Source: a virus
Taxonomy: Duplodnaviria > Caudoviricetes
Virus record (IMG/VR): IMGVR_UViG_3300037423_001507
Location: 1 to 29,487 of that record
Reading direction: 5' to 3' (one strand)
DNA: 29,487 nt
The position numbers and the translations under genes were made by a program. Positions 9,590 to 18,084 of the stretch are shown in pieces. Under the pieces are notes generated by a model. It ran no database searches, was not told the origin of the DNA, and was given only the letters and a program-made list of their open reading frames with translations. Numbering within the stretch: position 1 is the stretch's first letter; every line of letters starts with the position of its first letter.

Positions 9590-10272
9590 GCTGCTTCCAG
9601 TATCAGTTGTTGCGGCCTTATCGACCGTTTGAGGTGAGGTGCATTGGCGTGAAATACAGCCAATGCGAATCCACGGGGCGTAGCACTTCGAATGTTGGCG
9701 CGCTCCGGACCGGGTGGGCACTTGTGGATGCGATCGTCCGGCGGGCCAAGCGTCTCGTCGCGCTGCGGGGGCGGCATTACAAAATCGTTGCCCGTCCAGA
9801 GGCACGTGGTCTTGGTGTAGTTGTCGTCCGAGTAGAACCCGGTGTAGTCGTCTGGGCTGAACGTGTGCGTAGCCTTGCCAAATATGCTGCTGAACACACT
9901 GACCGGGTTCTCGAAGAACCAAGGCGCTCCGGACAGCATGCCGACCATGCGGCATTGTTCGGCCACCAGCGCTGCTTTTGCCTGAAAGTGTTTGTCTTGC
10001 GCCGCCTTGGAGGCGAACCAGCGCGAACCTGAGACCGCTACGTCGGTGCAAGGCGGGAATCCGGCCACGAATACCACGCGCTCGGCACGAATGATCTCGC
10101 CGAGTCGATTGGCAGCGCCAAGGATCGTATTCGAGATGCGCTCTACCCCCCCCTCGATCTTTGTCACCGGATGTTGCGGGTCAACCAATACAACCCGGTA
10201 ACCAGCATCGAGCCACGGCTGCGGCATGCTCATGGTGAGATTGCAAAGGAAAATTGCGACGCCACGGCTCAT
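9586..10272 (-). CDS. phage Dcm-like C5 cytosine DNA methyltransferase
   Basis: GFPPCT catalytic motif and FFENPV motif; start MSRGVAIF with ATGA overlap. Confidence 0.75.
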   Translation of the reverse strand: MSRGVAIFLCNLTMSMPQPWLDAGYRVVLVDPQHPVTKIEGGVERISNTILGAANRLGEIIRAERVVFVAGFPPCTDVAVSGSRWFASKAAQDKHFQAKAALVAEQCRMVGMLSGAPWFFENPVSVFSSIFGKATHTFSPDDYTGFYSDDNYTKTTCLWTGNDFVMPPPQRDETLGPPDDRIHKCPPGPERANIRSATPRGFALAVFHANAPHLKRSIRPQQLILEAA

Positions 10273-10703
10273 GCGCGAGCCTCCATCGACCGGCTCGCAA
10301 AGAACGCCGGCGGCAGTGCCCACGGATCTGGCGCCACCGGCTCGGAGCGGACACGGATCGCGTAATACGCGTCGTGGCGCAGCACGTGGAAGTGCCGACG
10401 TGGATCGCTCGGCAGCTTCTGGGGCTGTGGCTCCGGCGTCACCACCTTTGCCAGGAACGACTCGATCACCCGCTCCTCGGCCGCGAGCGCGAACACGGGC
10501 GCACCAACAGCACCCGGCACGGCCGCCGGCAAACGGCGCGCGAGCGAGACTACGTTTGCCGCCTCGAGCACTTCGAAGTGGCGGCGCGCGGACCTGGAGC
10601 TCACGCCGAGCAGCCCGGCCGCAGCGCTGACCACCATCTCCCCAGTGCGCATTGCATCGATTAGGCGGCGCAGGTTGGCAATACGGCTTTCCGTGCGAGT
10701 CAT
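10269..10703 (-). CDS. HTH-domain protein
   Basis: VSAAAGLLGVSSRSARRHFEVLE wHTH-like segment. Confidence 0.6.
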   Translation of the reverse strand: MTRTESRIANLRRLIDAMRTGEMVVSAAAGLLGVSSRSARRHFEVLEAANVVSLARRLPAAVPGAVGAPVFALAAEERVIESFLAKVVTPEPQPQKLPSDPRRHFHVLRHDAYYAIRVRSEPVAPDPWALPPAFFASRSMEARA

Positions 10704-11167
10704 GCCGCACCCCACTTTTCTGCCGCGATCGCCGCAAACAGCGCCAGCACGTCACGGTAATGCTCGCTACTCGCGCAGAGCTCTGGATGGTCGCGCTCTT
10801 CCGCCAGGTATTTCGATGCGAACGCAGTGACTGCGCTAAGCAGCTGGGACGACGCCGGCGGCGTCGAATAGATCGGGTGCGCCCACGGGCCAAACGGTTC
10901 TGACGTGACGCAGACGACGCCAGCCCCGCCCCTTTTCAGATTGTCGATGGCGCCGCGGCGCACGTAGCCGAGCGGCCCGTGCTCGTCGATCTCAGCAAGT
11001 ACGCCGGACAGGTGCGCGACGCATTCGTGCAGTTCGACGTCGCCTTCCGCCACGGTTTGCTGCGGGAGCCTGGCCAGGTACTGGCGCGCCAGATCGGTTG
11101 CCGCTCGCTTCGCCGGGAAGAGCTCGACCTGCTGGCGCAGGAAAGCCGGGAGATCGTTCGCGCTCAT
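10700..11167 (-). CDS. hypothetical phage protein
   Basis: MSANDLPAFLRQQ start; coupled to both neighbours. Confidence 0.6.
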   Translation of the reverse strand: MSANDLPAFLRQQVELFPAKRAATDLARQYLARLPQQTVAEGDVELHECVAHLSGVLAEIDEHGPLGYVRRGAIDNLKRGGAGVVCVTSEPFGPWAHPIYSTPPASSQLLSAVTAFASKYLAEERDHPELCASSEHYRDVLALFAAIAAEKWGAA

Positions 11168-11322
11168 GCCGGCACCTTCGGGCTTTGGCCTGCGGTAGTC
11201 TGCGCGCGCTCGATCGCGCGCTGCGCCTGGTGCCATGTGAGTCCGCTCAGCGCGATGCGCAGGTATGTGGAACGTGCCACAAGCCCCGCCGAGGGACTGG
11301 GTTGCGGTGGTATTCTTTTCAT
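11164..11322 (-). CDS. small hypothetical protein (52 aa)
   Basis: AGGGAG RBS; stop overlaps the next ATG. Confidence 0.4.
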   Translation of the reverse strand: MKRIPPQPSPSAGLVARSTYLRIALSGLTWHQAQRAIERAQTTAGQSPKVPA

Positions 11323-11471
11323 CGTGTTCTCCCTGGTGTTGGATCGAAGGGCCTCGTGGCAGCGAGGCTCCTTCTACTTCTGCTGCTGTTGGTGCAGTTC
11401 TTCGTACTTCTTCTTGCTCATCACGTGTCCTGGTTCTGCCGGCAGTGGCGCCCCATCGGGCCGCACCCCGC

Positions 11472-11759
11472 TCACGCAGCCACTCTGGCCAAGGTCGACG
11501 CGTCGACCGGGCGGTACTTGTCGCGGCGGTCGCCCATCAGGTTGCGCAGGTCGCGGATGCTCATGCCCGTCACTTCGTGCATGCGGATCAGCAGCGAGGC
11601 GCCGACCGGAAGACGGTAGTGACGTACCTTGCTGATCACCGGCGGTGCGACTTCGAGCTTGCGCGCCAGCGCGGCGTCGTTCTTCAGCTGCAGCTTTCCA
11701 ATCAGTTCGTCGAGCAGGTGGTTCGGGTTGTAACCATTGGTTGCAGTAGCTGTCGTCAT
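11472..11759 (-). CDS. XRE-like HTH transcriptional regulator
   Basis: LKNDAALARKLEVAPPVISKVRH; GGAG RBS. Confidence 0.8.
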   Translation of the reverse strand: MTTATATNGYNPNHLLDELIGKLQLKNDAALARKLEVAPPVISKVRHYRLPVGASLLIRMHEVTGMSIRDLRNLMGDRRDKYRPVDASTLARVAA

Positions 11760-11784
11760 GTCAGTCTCCGAAATTGATGAATGG

Positions 11785-12174
11785 TTAAATTGCGAATCTG
11801 CGGACCGCGCGGGCGCGAAGCCTGGCCGACTTGCTGCTGGAGAGCTGGCCGCCGTAGCTGAAGTCCTGAACCCAGGCATAGCCGGCGAGGGCAGCGTGCT
11901 GCTCGCCTGACCAGTACCAGTCCGACTTGAACTCGCGCTGCAGGTTGGCGAACAGCAGCGCCTGTTCGCGGCGCGTCGGCAGCCCGCCGCCAGCCTTTGC
12001 AGCGAATTTCTTCGCCTCTTCCCACGTCACCGAGCCCGCCTCTCCCGGCAACAGAATCAGATGGTGGTCGGGCTGGCCCTCCACGCCGAGAAGCAGACCG
12101 GCATAGATTTCGCCCTGTTTCAGGTTTTCTTTCATCCACTCCGCCTTTGCGGTAGCTGCGCTGCTCATTGACAT
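11785..12174 (-). CDS. DGR target protein 2 (DUF1566/CLec-like, remote target)
   Basis: TWEEAKKFA...LPTRREQALL...WYWS motifs; C-terminal VR matches TR. Confidence 0.9.
   Translation of the reverse strand: MSMSSAATAKAEWMKENLKQGEIYAGLLLGVEGQPDHHLILLPGEAGSVTWEEAKKFAAKAGGGLPTRREQALLFANLQREFKSDWYWSGEQHAALAGYAWVQDFSYGGQLSSSKSARLRARAVRRFAI
11797..11901 (-). repeat. DGR variable repeat VR2
   Basis: 105 nt aligned by hand to TR 18634-18738: 16 internal mismatches, all at TR adenines, plus the terminal AGG/AGA difference. Confidence 0.95.
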
Positions 12175-12278
12175 ATCTTCGATCTCCTTCTTGGTCTTGA
12201 TTAAGGTTGTGGACTTCCCTGGTGGTACTGTGTAATTAATGGGGAGCGCTCTTGGTGCGCACCGCGCAAAACAAACGG

Positions 12279-12926
12279 TCAGCCGACCGAGCGCAGTTTT
12301 GCCACGGCCGACCTGCCGGCGCGAGCGATGATGCTGCGGATGTCGCGCGCCGCGCGGCGGCTTGCCTCTTCGGCCTCCTCGACCTCGCGAAGCGCGGTCT
12401 GGAGTACCTCAACTGGTGCGTCCGCGCGCACGTCGGCCAGCGCAACGACTGCCTCGCTGCTCTCCTTGGCGACAGACTTCAGGTCATCCCTGGGATCGAT
12501 CGCCGCGTCGTCGGGCAGCTCGTCAGCGATACGGGCCGCGACACCGAGTGGACGGAGAATTTGGTTCAGCACGTGAAGGCGACGGTTCTCCGGCAGCGCT
12601 GCGAGCATCGTCGGCAGCATGTTGGAGCCGAGCAGGTTGTTATCCTTGTTGACGTCATCGAGCCAGCGGTTAATGCGCTCGCAGTGCGCCTTAGCCTGGG
12701 TGAAAGCATCTTTGCTGCCCGAGTCAAATTCGACTCCCGTCAAGCGATCAGCGCCAATCGAAACGTGCGCATCGACGATGTGCAGCGCCAGGGCTTCGCG
12801 GCTCCAACCCTGCTCACGCCGGAAGGCCTCGAACTCGTCGCGAAGGATTCCGATGACCGTCTTGCTGTGTGCTTCGTTCCACATGACTTTTTCCTTTTTG
12901 AAATCTAATCTGGCAACACTCATCAA
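12279..12926 (-). CDS. CII/YmfL-like regulatory protein
   Basis: Directly downstream of cro; N-terminal HTH-like GWSREALA segment; start uncertain. Confidence 0.6.
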   Translation of the reverse strand: MMSVARLDFKKEKVMWNEAHSKTVIGILRDEFEAFRREQGWSREALALHIVDAHVSIGADRLTGVEFDSGSKDAFTQAKAHCERINRWLDDVNKDNNLLGSNMLPTMLAALPENRRLHVLNQILRPLGVAARIADELPDDAAIDPRDDLKSVAKESSEAVVALADVRADAPVEVLQTALREVEEAEEASRRAARDIRSIIARAGRSAVAKLRSVG

Positions 12927-13013
12927 TTACTGCTGGAGATCTGCGTGCCGACTGCCCTCACCATCCCTGCTTGCTTGCGCCGCACGCTACTCCTGTTGAC
13001 ACAGCACAAAGCC

Positions 13014-13292
13014 CTATTGCGCGATGCTGGATACGCTTTGCGGTCTGCGCCGGCCTCGATTCGGCGACTCTTTGGTGGCCAGCTCTGGCCAAATCGTTTG
13101 CCAAACTTCGGGAAACATCTCGCGCCGGGTCACCATGCCGCCGGTCTTGAGCTCGATCGAGGCACCGAATCGAATAGGAATCGGTCGTTCTCCGGTTGAC
13201 CACTTGTAGACGTCGGGCGGATGGGCGCCAATGGCCTTCGCAAGCTTTGTCAGCCGGCCGCGCTCTTCGGAGAGGTATTGGGAAAGGTTCAT
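13014..13292 (-). CDS. cro: Cro/YdaS-like repressor
   Basis: LTKLAKAIGAHPPDVYKWSTGERPIP...IELKTGGMVTRREMFP; divergent from the cI-like gene. Confidence 0.85.
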   Translation of the reverse strand: MNLSQYLSEERGRLTKLAKAIGAHPPDVYKWSTGERPIPIRFGASIELKTGGMVTRREMFPEVWQTIWPELATKESPNRGRRRPQSVSSIAQ

Positions 13293-13298
13293 GCGCTC

Positions 13299-13376
13299 AG
13301 TTTAGCCTAAGGCTAAAGTCTTGCGCAAGAAAAAGTTTAGCCTTCTGCTGATATCGCTTTTTAGCTAATTGCTAAA
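13299..13376. promoter_or_regulatory. OR operator region with three 17-bp operators and the PR promoter
   Basis: TTTAGCCTAAGGCTAAA (13301-13317), TTTAGCCTTCTGCTGAT (13336-13352), TTTAGCTAATTGCTAAA (13360-13376); minus-strand TTGCGC-18-TAAACT. Confidence 0.8.
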
Positions 13377-13386
13377 TAATATTGGG

Positions 13387-13818
13387 ATGAAAACAATTGA
13401 CCAGATACGACGCGACAACCTGCAGGCCCTCGTTGATGAGTACGGGTCGGCCGCCGCAGTTGTGAGTGCGATCGGGTGTAGCGCTTCGCAGTTCAGCCAG
13501 TGGCTAAATGCATCACAAAACAGCGGCACGGGGAAGCCGCGAGGAATCGCCACGGCATCATGCCGTCGGATCGAGAAGGCGACAAACAAGCCGGTCGGCT
13601 GGATGGATAAGGAGCATCCAGCAGGCCAAGCCGGGGCTCAGCTGGCGGTGATTACTCCGCCTGAGCGCGAAACCAGAATGATCCTGGCATACGATGACGA
13701 AATAGCCCTTCTTGACCTTTACCGCCGATCAGACGAACGCGGGAAGCGGGAAATATTCAACTCAGGCCGCATCGAGGCTGATCGGACTAGTGCTGAAGTT
13801 GCTTCGCACAAGCGATAG
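13387..13818 (+). CDS. CI-like phage repressor without an S24 peptidase domain
   Basis: MKTIDQIRRDNL...AIGCSASQFSQW...RRIEKATNKPVGWMD N-terminal HTH; 143 aa. Confidence 0.85.
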   Translation: MKTIDQIRRDNLQALVDEYGSAAAVVSAIGCSASQFSQWLNASQNSGTGKPRGIATASCRRIEKATNKPVGWMDKEHPAGQAGAQLAVITPPERETRMILAYDDEIALLDLYRRSDERGKREIFNSGRIEADRTSAEVASHKR

Positions 13819-13959
13819 ACGCACCGGCTGCTTGACCTCGGGGTAATCAACTGACGTCAGAATTGCGCGAGCGAGCGTCGTACTTCTTCCGCGCTCGTCT
13901 GATGCCCTGTAAGCCGCCAGCAGTTGCTCCTCTTCCGCGTTCTCCGTCATCATTACCAT
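13762..13959 (-). CDS. small protein paralogous to the repressor C-terminal domain
   Basis: EEEQLLAAYRASDERGR resembles the repressor's DEIALLDLYRRSDERGK. Confidence 0.6.
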   Translation of the reverse strand: MVMMTENAEEEQLLAAYRASDERGRSTTLARAILTSVDYPEVKQPVRLSLVRSNFSTSPISLDAA

Positions 13960-14151
13960 ATCTTAACGAGCCTTGCGCAAAACACAATGTACATGGTAGG
14001 AATCCTCCTACAAAGAATCCCCGCAACACCGCAATTTACCACCTCGCAGCCGGCATAAAAATCACAAATTTCCACACATTCATCTATATGATGCCACCAA
14101 CATGGTGGCACTTCCACCCCTGGAAGTCTCGGCAAGTGAAAAAATAGGGCG

Positions 14152-14379
14152 ATGCCGAATCCGCCCAGAAGAACAAAAAGTCAAGACGAATACGCCAAAC
14201 TCACCGTGCGACTTCCGCGTGACCTTTACGAACACCTATCGCGGGAAGCATCGCGCCATGGGCAGTCGCTCAACGCCCATATAGTCACCAGGCTGCGTGA
14301 GAACGAACTCGGCCAGATCCGCTCCGAACTTGATGACGTCAATTCCACTCTTCGTAAAATCCTTGATGCGGTAACTTGA
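14152..14379 (+). CDS. Arc-family ribbon-helix-helix DNA-binding protein
   Basis: KLTVRLPRDLYEHLSREASRHGQSLNAHIVTRL. Confidence 0.85.
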   Translation: MPNPPRRTKSQDEYAKLTVRLPRDLYEHLSREASRHGQSLNAHIVTRLRENELGQIRSELDDVNSTLRKILDAVT

Positions 14380-14778
14380 TCATTTAGTTACATTCGGAAT
14401 AAATTTCCGTCGAAAATTACATTATAGAAATCTGCTCCGAGGCGATATTTACAGACTGTTTCACCTCGATGCAACAGCTGTCGCTCAGCAGCCACAAGCG
14501 ACGCACTCTCTGGCTAAGACCGCCCGGGCGATCAGCTGTCTTGCGCGCTAATCCCCTCCCTACTACCTCGCCACGAAACGACCTTCGCCGCAACGGTACT
14601 CCCCTCAGTGCTTTCCACATTACAACTAGATCGCGTCAATATATGTCGTGCATCTGTATTGAACACTGACGTAAGCTGAACTCCAGACTTGGGAGCAGCC
14701 ACATCTCACCCAGCCACTGCTACTCCTCACCTAATTGCCACCGCGCTTAGGACGTGCCCTCTACTTCAATTTTCACAC

Positions 14779-14832
14779 TTTAGCCTGAAGCTAAATTTAT
14801 TGTTGACTCGAAGTTTAGCCTTAGGCTAATAT
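14779..14832 (+). promoter_or_regulatory. OL operators and PL promoter
   Basis: TTTAGCCTGAAGCTAAA (14779-14795) and TTTAGCCTTAGGCTAAT (14814-14830) overlap TTGACT-18-TAATAT. Confidence 0.8.
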
Positions 14833-14870
14833 GAGTAAACAACGCGGCAATCACACCAGTGGAGGCAGCC

Positions 14871-15029
14871 ATGCAATCGAATCACCCGTCGAAGCACGCC
14901 GTGAGGGAATACATGGCCAAGCGCCATCGGGAAAGGACGCCGCCGCCATCGCCGGAACAAATCAGGCGCGAGCTGTGCTGGCACCTGGTAGAGGCGGAGC
15001 GTCAGGTAAATAGGATGACGAGGAAATGA
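14871..15029 (+). CDS. first PL gene, small basic protein (MQSNHPSKHAVREYM..., 52 aa)
   Basis: GGAGG RBS; stop overlaps the next ATG. Confidence 0.65.
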   Translation: MQSNHPSKHAVREYMAKRHRERTPPPSPEQIRRELCWHLVEAERQVNRMTRK

Positions 15030-15454
15030 GCGCGGAACGAATCGACCCGAACAGCCGGGAATACCTGCAGCAGCTGTTAAAAGCAGAGGCCGAACTGGCA
15101 GAGGCCAAAGGCTACTACAAGGTGCGGCTGCCGGGCATCGAGTCGATGACGAGGCTTACCCCGCTCTACCCGACCAGGCGGGATGCGACCGGCGGGTTCA
15201 GCCCTCATTCGCTACCGCGATGGCGACGCGAGTGGCACGACGGCGGCAAGCTGATTGGCGAATGCCGGTTGAGCTTGGCGTATGGAGAAACTGCGATCAC
15301 CGCGTTCACAGCAACCGGCAGGCATTGCGGAATCGCCAAGTGGGCCGAGCATCCGACCAAAGACAACGCGATTCTCTCCGCGATCGTCGAGGCGGCGACG
15401 TCGTATTTCAAGGCGCTGCGCGAAGCGGAGAACAACGAGAGGAGCAAGGCATGA
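15026..15454 (+). CDS. hypothetical phage protein
   Basis: ATGA-coupled ORF of 142 aa. Confidence 0.65.
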   Translation: MSAERIDPNSREYLQQLLKAEAELAEAKGYYKVRLPGIESMTRLTPLYPTRRDATGGFSPHSLPRWRREWHDGGKLIGECRLSLAYGETAITAFTATGRHCGIAKWAEHPTKDNAILSAIVEAATSYFKALREAENNERSKA

Positions 15455-15585
15455 GATACCTAATCACGGCGAAGTACGAGAACGGCGCGACGCAGCGCTA
15501 TGTAGGCATCGGCGACCGAGATGCGCTGATGGACGCCATCTACGACGACGGTGCCCTGATTCTCAGCTTCATGCCGCTGCCGTGA
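15451..15585 (+). CDS. small hypothetical protein (MRYLITAKYENG...)
   Basis: GAGGAG RBS; ATGA overlap. Confidence 0.55.
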   Translation: MRYLITAKYENGATQRYVGIGDRDALMDAIYDDGALILSFMPLP

Positions 15586-15692
15586 TCCGCACGATCGCTC
15601 AAGCGCTGGTCATTACCTTCGGGCTCCTGCTTCTCTGCGCCGAGGCTGATCGCATGGATTCTCAACCCCAACCTGTCGAGGTGTCGCAATGA
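15582..15692 (+). CDS. small membrane protein
   Basis: GTGA overlap; hydrophobic IAQALVITFGLLLLCA. Confidence 0.45.
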   Translation: MIRTIAQALVITFGLLLLCAEADRMDSQPQPVEVSQ

Positions 15693-15862
15693 GGCTCTAT
15701 CTCTGTTTCGGGTGCATGACGATTCTCGCACTCCTGGTCGTGATATCCCAGGGCGATACGGTCACCGACTACGCACGATGCCAGGGGCAGACCGCGTATG
15801 CGCAAGCACGTCCTGTGACTTGGCCGGATCTCGAGCGCCTGCCCGTGCGTTGGCCGCAATGA
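15689..15862 (+). CDS. small membrane or secreted protein (MRLYLCFGCMTILALLVVIS...)
   Basis: GAGG RBS; ATGA overlaps at both ends. Confidence 0.5.
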   Translation: MRLYLCFGCMTILALLVVISQGDTVTDYARCQGQTAYAQARPVTWPDLERLPVRWPQ

Positions 15863-15975
15863 GCTTTCTGAGCCAAGTTGTGCGGAACCGGAGATGCGGG
15901 CTCTGGTGGCGCCATGCAGTCAAGGCCGCAGTGCTGAATAAGCAGATTTCAAAACTCAGGGAGAGACAACAATGA
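15859..15975 (+). CDS. small hypothetical protein (MSFLSQVVRNRR...)
   Basis: ATGA overlaps at both ends. Confidence 0.45.
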   Translation: MSFLSQVVRNRRCGLWWRHAVKAAVLNKQISKLRERQQ

Positions 15976-16313
15976 AAGCAGTTGAAGCAGGCATTTTGCG
16001 GGTCGCGGTGCTTGGAGCTGGCGCAGTCCTTCCGAATGCGTATTCGACCGGGATCGTGACGACCGTCGATCGGGAAGCGGAGCGTACCCGGCTGCAGGGC
16101 TGCGCCGACCGCCTTCTGAAAGATGCTCGCGAGTCCGGAATTCGCGGGTGCGCGTCGATTGCCGGCGGCGTGATCGAGATGATCGAGATCGCGGGGCCGG
16201 ACGACAACGAGATCATCGGGCTGGTCGCCCAGTGCTACGACATGACGCCGGCCGAGGCAATCGAGCGCCTTGCATCGATCGATTTCGCACGAGCTCGCGC
16301 CGAACTGGCGTAA
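15972..16313 (+). CDS. hypothetical phage protein
   Basis: GGAG RBS; 113 aa. Confidence 0.65.
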   Translation: MKAVEAGILRVAVLGAGAVLPNAYSTGIVTTVDREAERTRLQGCADRLLKDARESGIRGCASIAGGVIEMIEIAGPDDNEIIGLVAQCYDMTPAEAIERLASIDFARARAELA

Positions 16314-16351
16314 GCGACTCGGCAAGAATAACCACAACACCAAGGACAACG

Positions 16352-17248
16352 ATGTTTTTCCAGAACCTCCAGCTTTATCGCGTGCCCGCGCCTTGGGCAT
16401 TCACTCCCGAACAACTCGATGAATCGCTCAAGCAACAGCGCTTTGCTCCAGCCGGCAGTAACGAACTGCTGCGCATGGGCTGGGATTCGCCGCGGAAGAA
16501 CGGCCAGCTCGTGCACGTCGTCAACAAGCAGATGCTGCTGGTGCTCGGCACCGAGAAGAAGCTGCTGCCGAGCTCGGTGATCAACCAGGTCGCGAAGGCG
16601 AAGGCGGCCGAACTGGAAGAGCAGCAGGGCTTCCCGCCGGGCAAGAAGGCGATGAAGGAACTGAAGGAGCGCGTGGCCGACGAGCTGCTGCCGCGCGCAT
16701 TCTCGATCCGCGGCAACGTTTGGGTCTGGATCGATCCGGTCAACGGCTGGCTGGTGGTCGATGCGGCCAGCCCGGCCAAGGCGGACGACGTGATCAAGCT
16801 GCTGCTCAAGGCGGTGGACCGCATGCCGCTGGAATCGCTGCGCGTGCAGCGATCGCCGGTGGCGGTGATGACCGGCTGGCTGGAATCGGACGAGGCGCCG
16901 TACGGCTTCACGATCGACCAGGACGCGAAGCTGCGCTCCGCCGGCGAAAGCAAGGCCGAGATTGGCTACAAGCGCCATACCCTCGAGGCGGATGACATGC
17001 GCCGCCACATCGCAGCCGGCAAACAGTGCACTCGTCTGGCGCTGACCTGGAACAGCCGCATCTCTTTCGTGCTGACCGACAGCCTCGCGCTCAAGGTTGT
17101 CAAGCCGCTCGACGTCATCCGCGAGAGCGCGGCAACCCCGTACAGCGATGACGAACGCTTCGACAACGACTTCGTGCTGATGACCGGCGAATACGCCAGG
17201 ATGCTCGCAGATCTGGTCGATGCGATGGGCGGGGAGGCGAAGGCGTGA
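16352..17248 (+). CDS. rdgC: recombination-associated protein RdgC
   Basis: MFFQNLQLYR, EKKLLPSSVI, ELLPRAFS, GKQCTRLALTW and FDNDFVLMTGE motifs. Confidence 0.95.
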   Translation: MFFQNLQLYRVPAPWAFTPEQLDESLKQQRFAPAGSNELLRMGWDSPRKNGQLVHVVNKQMLLVLGTEKKLLPSSVINQVAKAKAAELEEQQGFPPGKKAMKELKERVADELLPRAFSIRGNVWVWIDPVNGWLVVDAASPAKADDVIKLLLKAVDRMPLESLRVQRSPVAVMTGWLESDEAPYGFTIDQDAKLRSAGESKAEIGYKRHTLEADDMRRHIAAGKQCTRLALTWNSRISFVLTDSLALKVVKPLDVIRESAATPYSDDERFDNDFVLMTGEYARMLADLVDAMGGEAKA

Positions 17249-17433
17249 CGAAGCAGGAAACCGAGGCGGAGCGCCTGGAGCGGTTGGACCGTGAAGCCAG
17301 CCGCGTCTACCGGGCGCAGCGCTTCTCGGGCGGGAAGACATCCAAGCGGTACCGACTCGATATGGAAGAAGTATCCCGTCCGACCGCTGCAGCACCGCCA
17401 AAAGGCGCAACTGGTAACGACATCAAGCAGTAA
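17245..17433 (+). CDS. small hypothetical protein
   Basis: GGAGG RBS; GTGA overlap with rdgC. Confidence 0.55.
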   Translation: MTKQETEAERLERLDREASRVYRAQRFSGGKTSKRYRLDMEEVSRPTAAAPPKGATGNDIKQ

Positions 17434-17469
17434 TTTTAAGCAGATTAACACTCACAACAAGGAGAAAAC

Positions 17470-18084
17470 GTGAACACCCAGGTCCAGAACACCCTGCCGG
17501 AGATCGGCTCTTCACTGGAAGGCGGCTTTTACGCCGGCCGGATCCAGATCGATGGCATTCTCTATGCGCTGATCGTCGCGCCGAAGGTGGAAGGCGAACG
17601 GGATGGCGTCGCGTGGCTCGAATCCGAGCAGCGCGTCGCTGATGCCAACAGCTACAACAACGGCATGCTGAACACGCGCGCCATGCTCGAAGCCGGAAGC
17701 GAGGTGGCTCAATGGGCACACGGCCTGGCTATCGGCGGCTACACCGACTGGTATATCCCGAGCCAGGACGAACTCGAGATCATCTATCGCAATCTGAAGC
17801 CAACCGCAGAGACTAACTCGCTGTACGGCCGAAGTGGCGTGAATATCTCGGCGCCCCCGCCTACCTTCGCCTACAACCGCGAACTGCCGGCCAAGACGAC
17901 GGCTGAAGGTTTTGCTGCGGGCGGCGAGCATGCCTTTGCTGACGAATGGTACTGGTCGTCCACGCAGAACGCTGCCTACGACGACTTTGCCTGGGGTCAG
18001 CTCTTCGTCATCGGCAACCAGGGCTACATCCCCAAGTCGGCCAGGCGTCGCGCCCGCGCGGTCCGCAGATTAACCATTCAGTAA
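17470..18084 (+). CDS. DGR target protein 1 (DUF1566/CLec-like)
   Basis: GGFYAG...GGYTDWYIPSQDEL...WYWSST motifs; C-terminal VR; directly upstream of avd. Confidence 0.92.
   Translation: MNTQVQNTLPEIGSSLEGGFYAGRIQIDGILYALIVAPKVEGERDGVAWLESEQRVADANSYNNGMLNTRAMLEAGSEVAQWAHGLAIGGYTDWYIPSQDELEIIYRNLKPTAETNSLYGRSGVNISAPPPTFAYNRELPAKTTAEGFAAGGEHAFADEWYWSSTQNAAYDDFAWGQLFVIGNQGYIPKSARRRARAVRRLTIQ
17965..18069 (+). repeat. DGR variable repeat VR1
   Basis: Versus TR: 14 mismatches at TR adenines, 2 non-A mismatches (17968, 18047), terminal AGG/AGA difference. Confidence 0.95.

Noticed and set aside
14417-14669. Short ORFs between the Arc gene and OL
   Set aside because: No convincing RBS, motif or protein-like composition on either strand
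13960-14700. LexA (CTGT-N8-ACAG) box controlling the putative antirepressor
   Set aside because: Only half-sites found by eye (e.g. CTGTATTGAACACTGA near 14655); no full match
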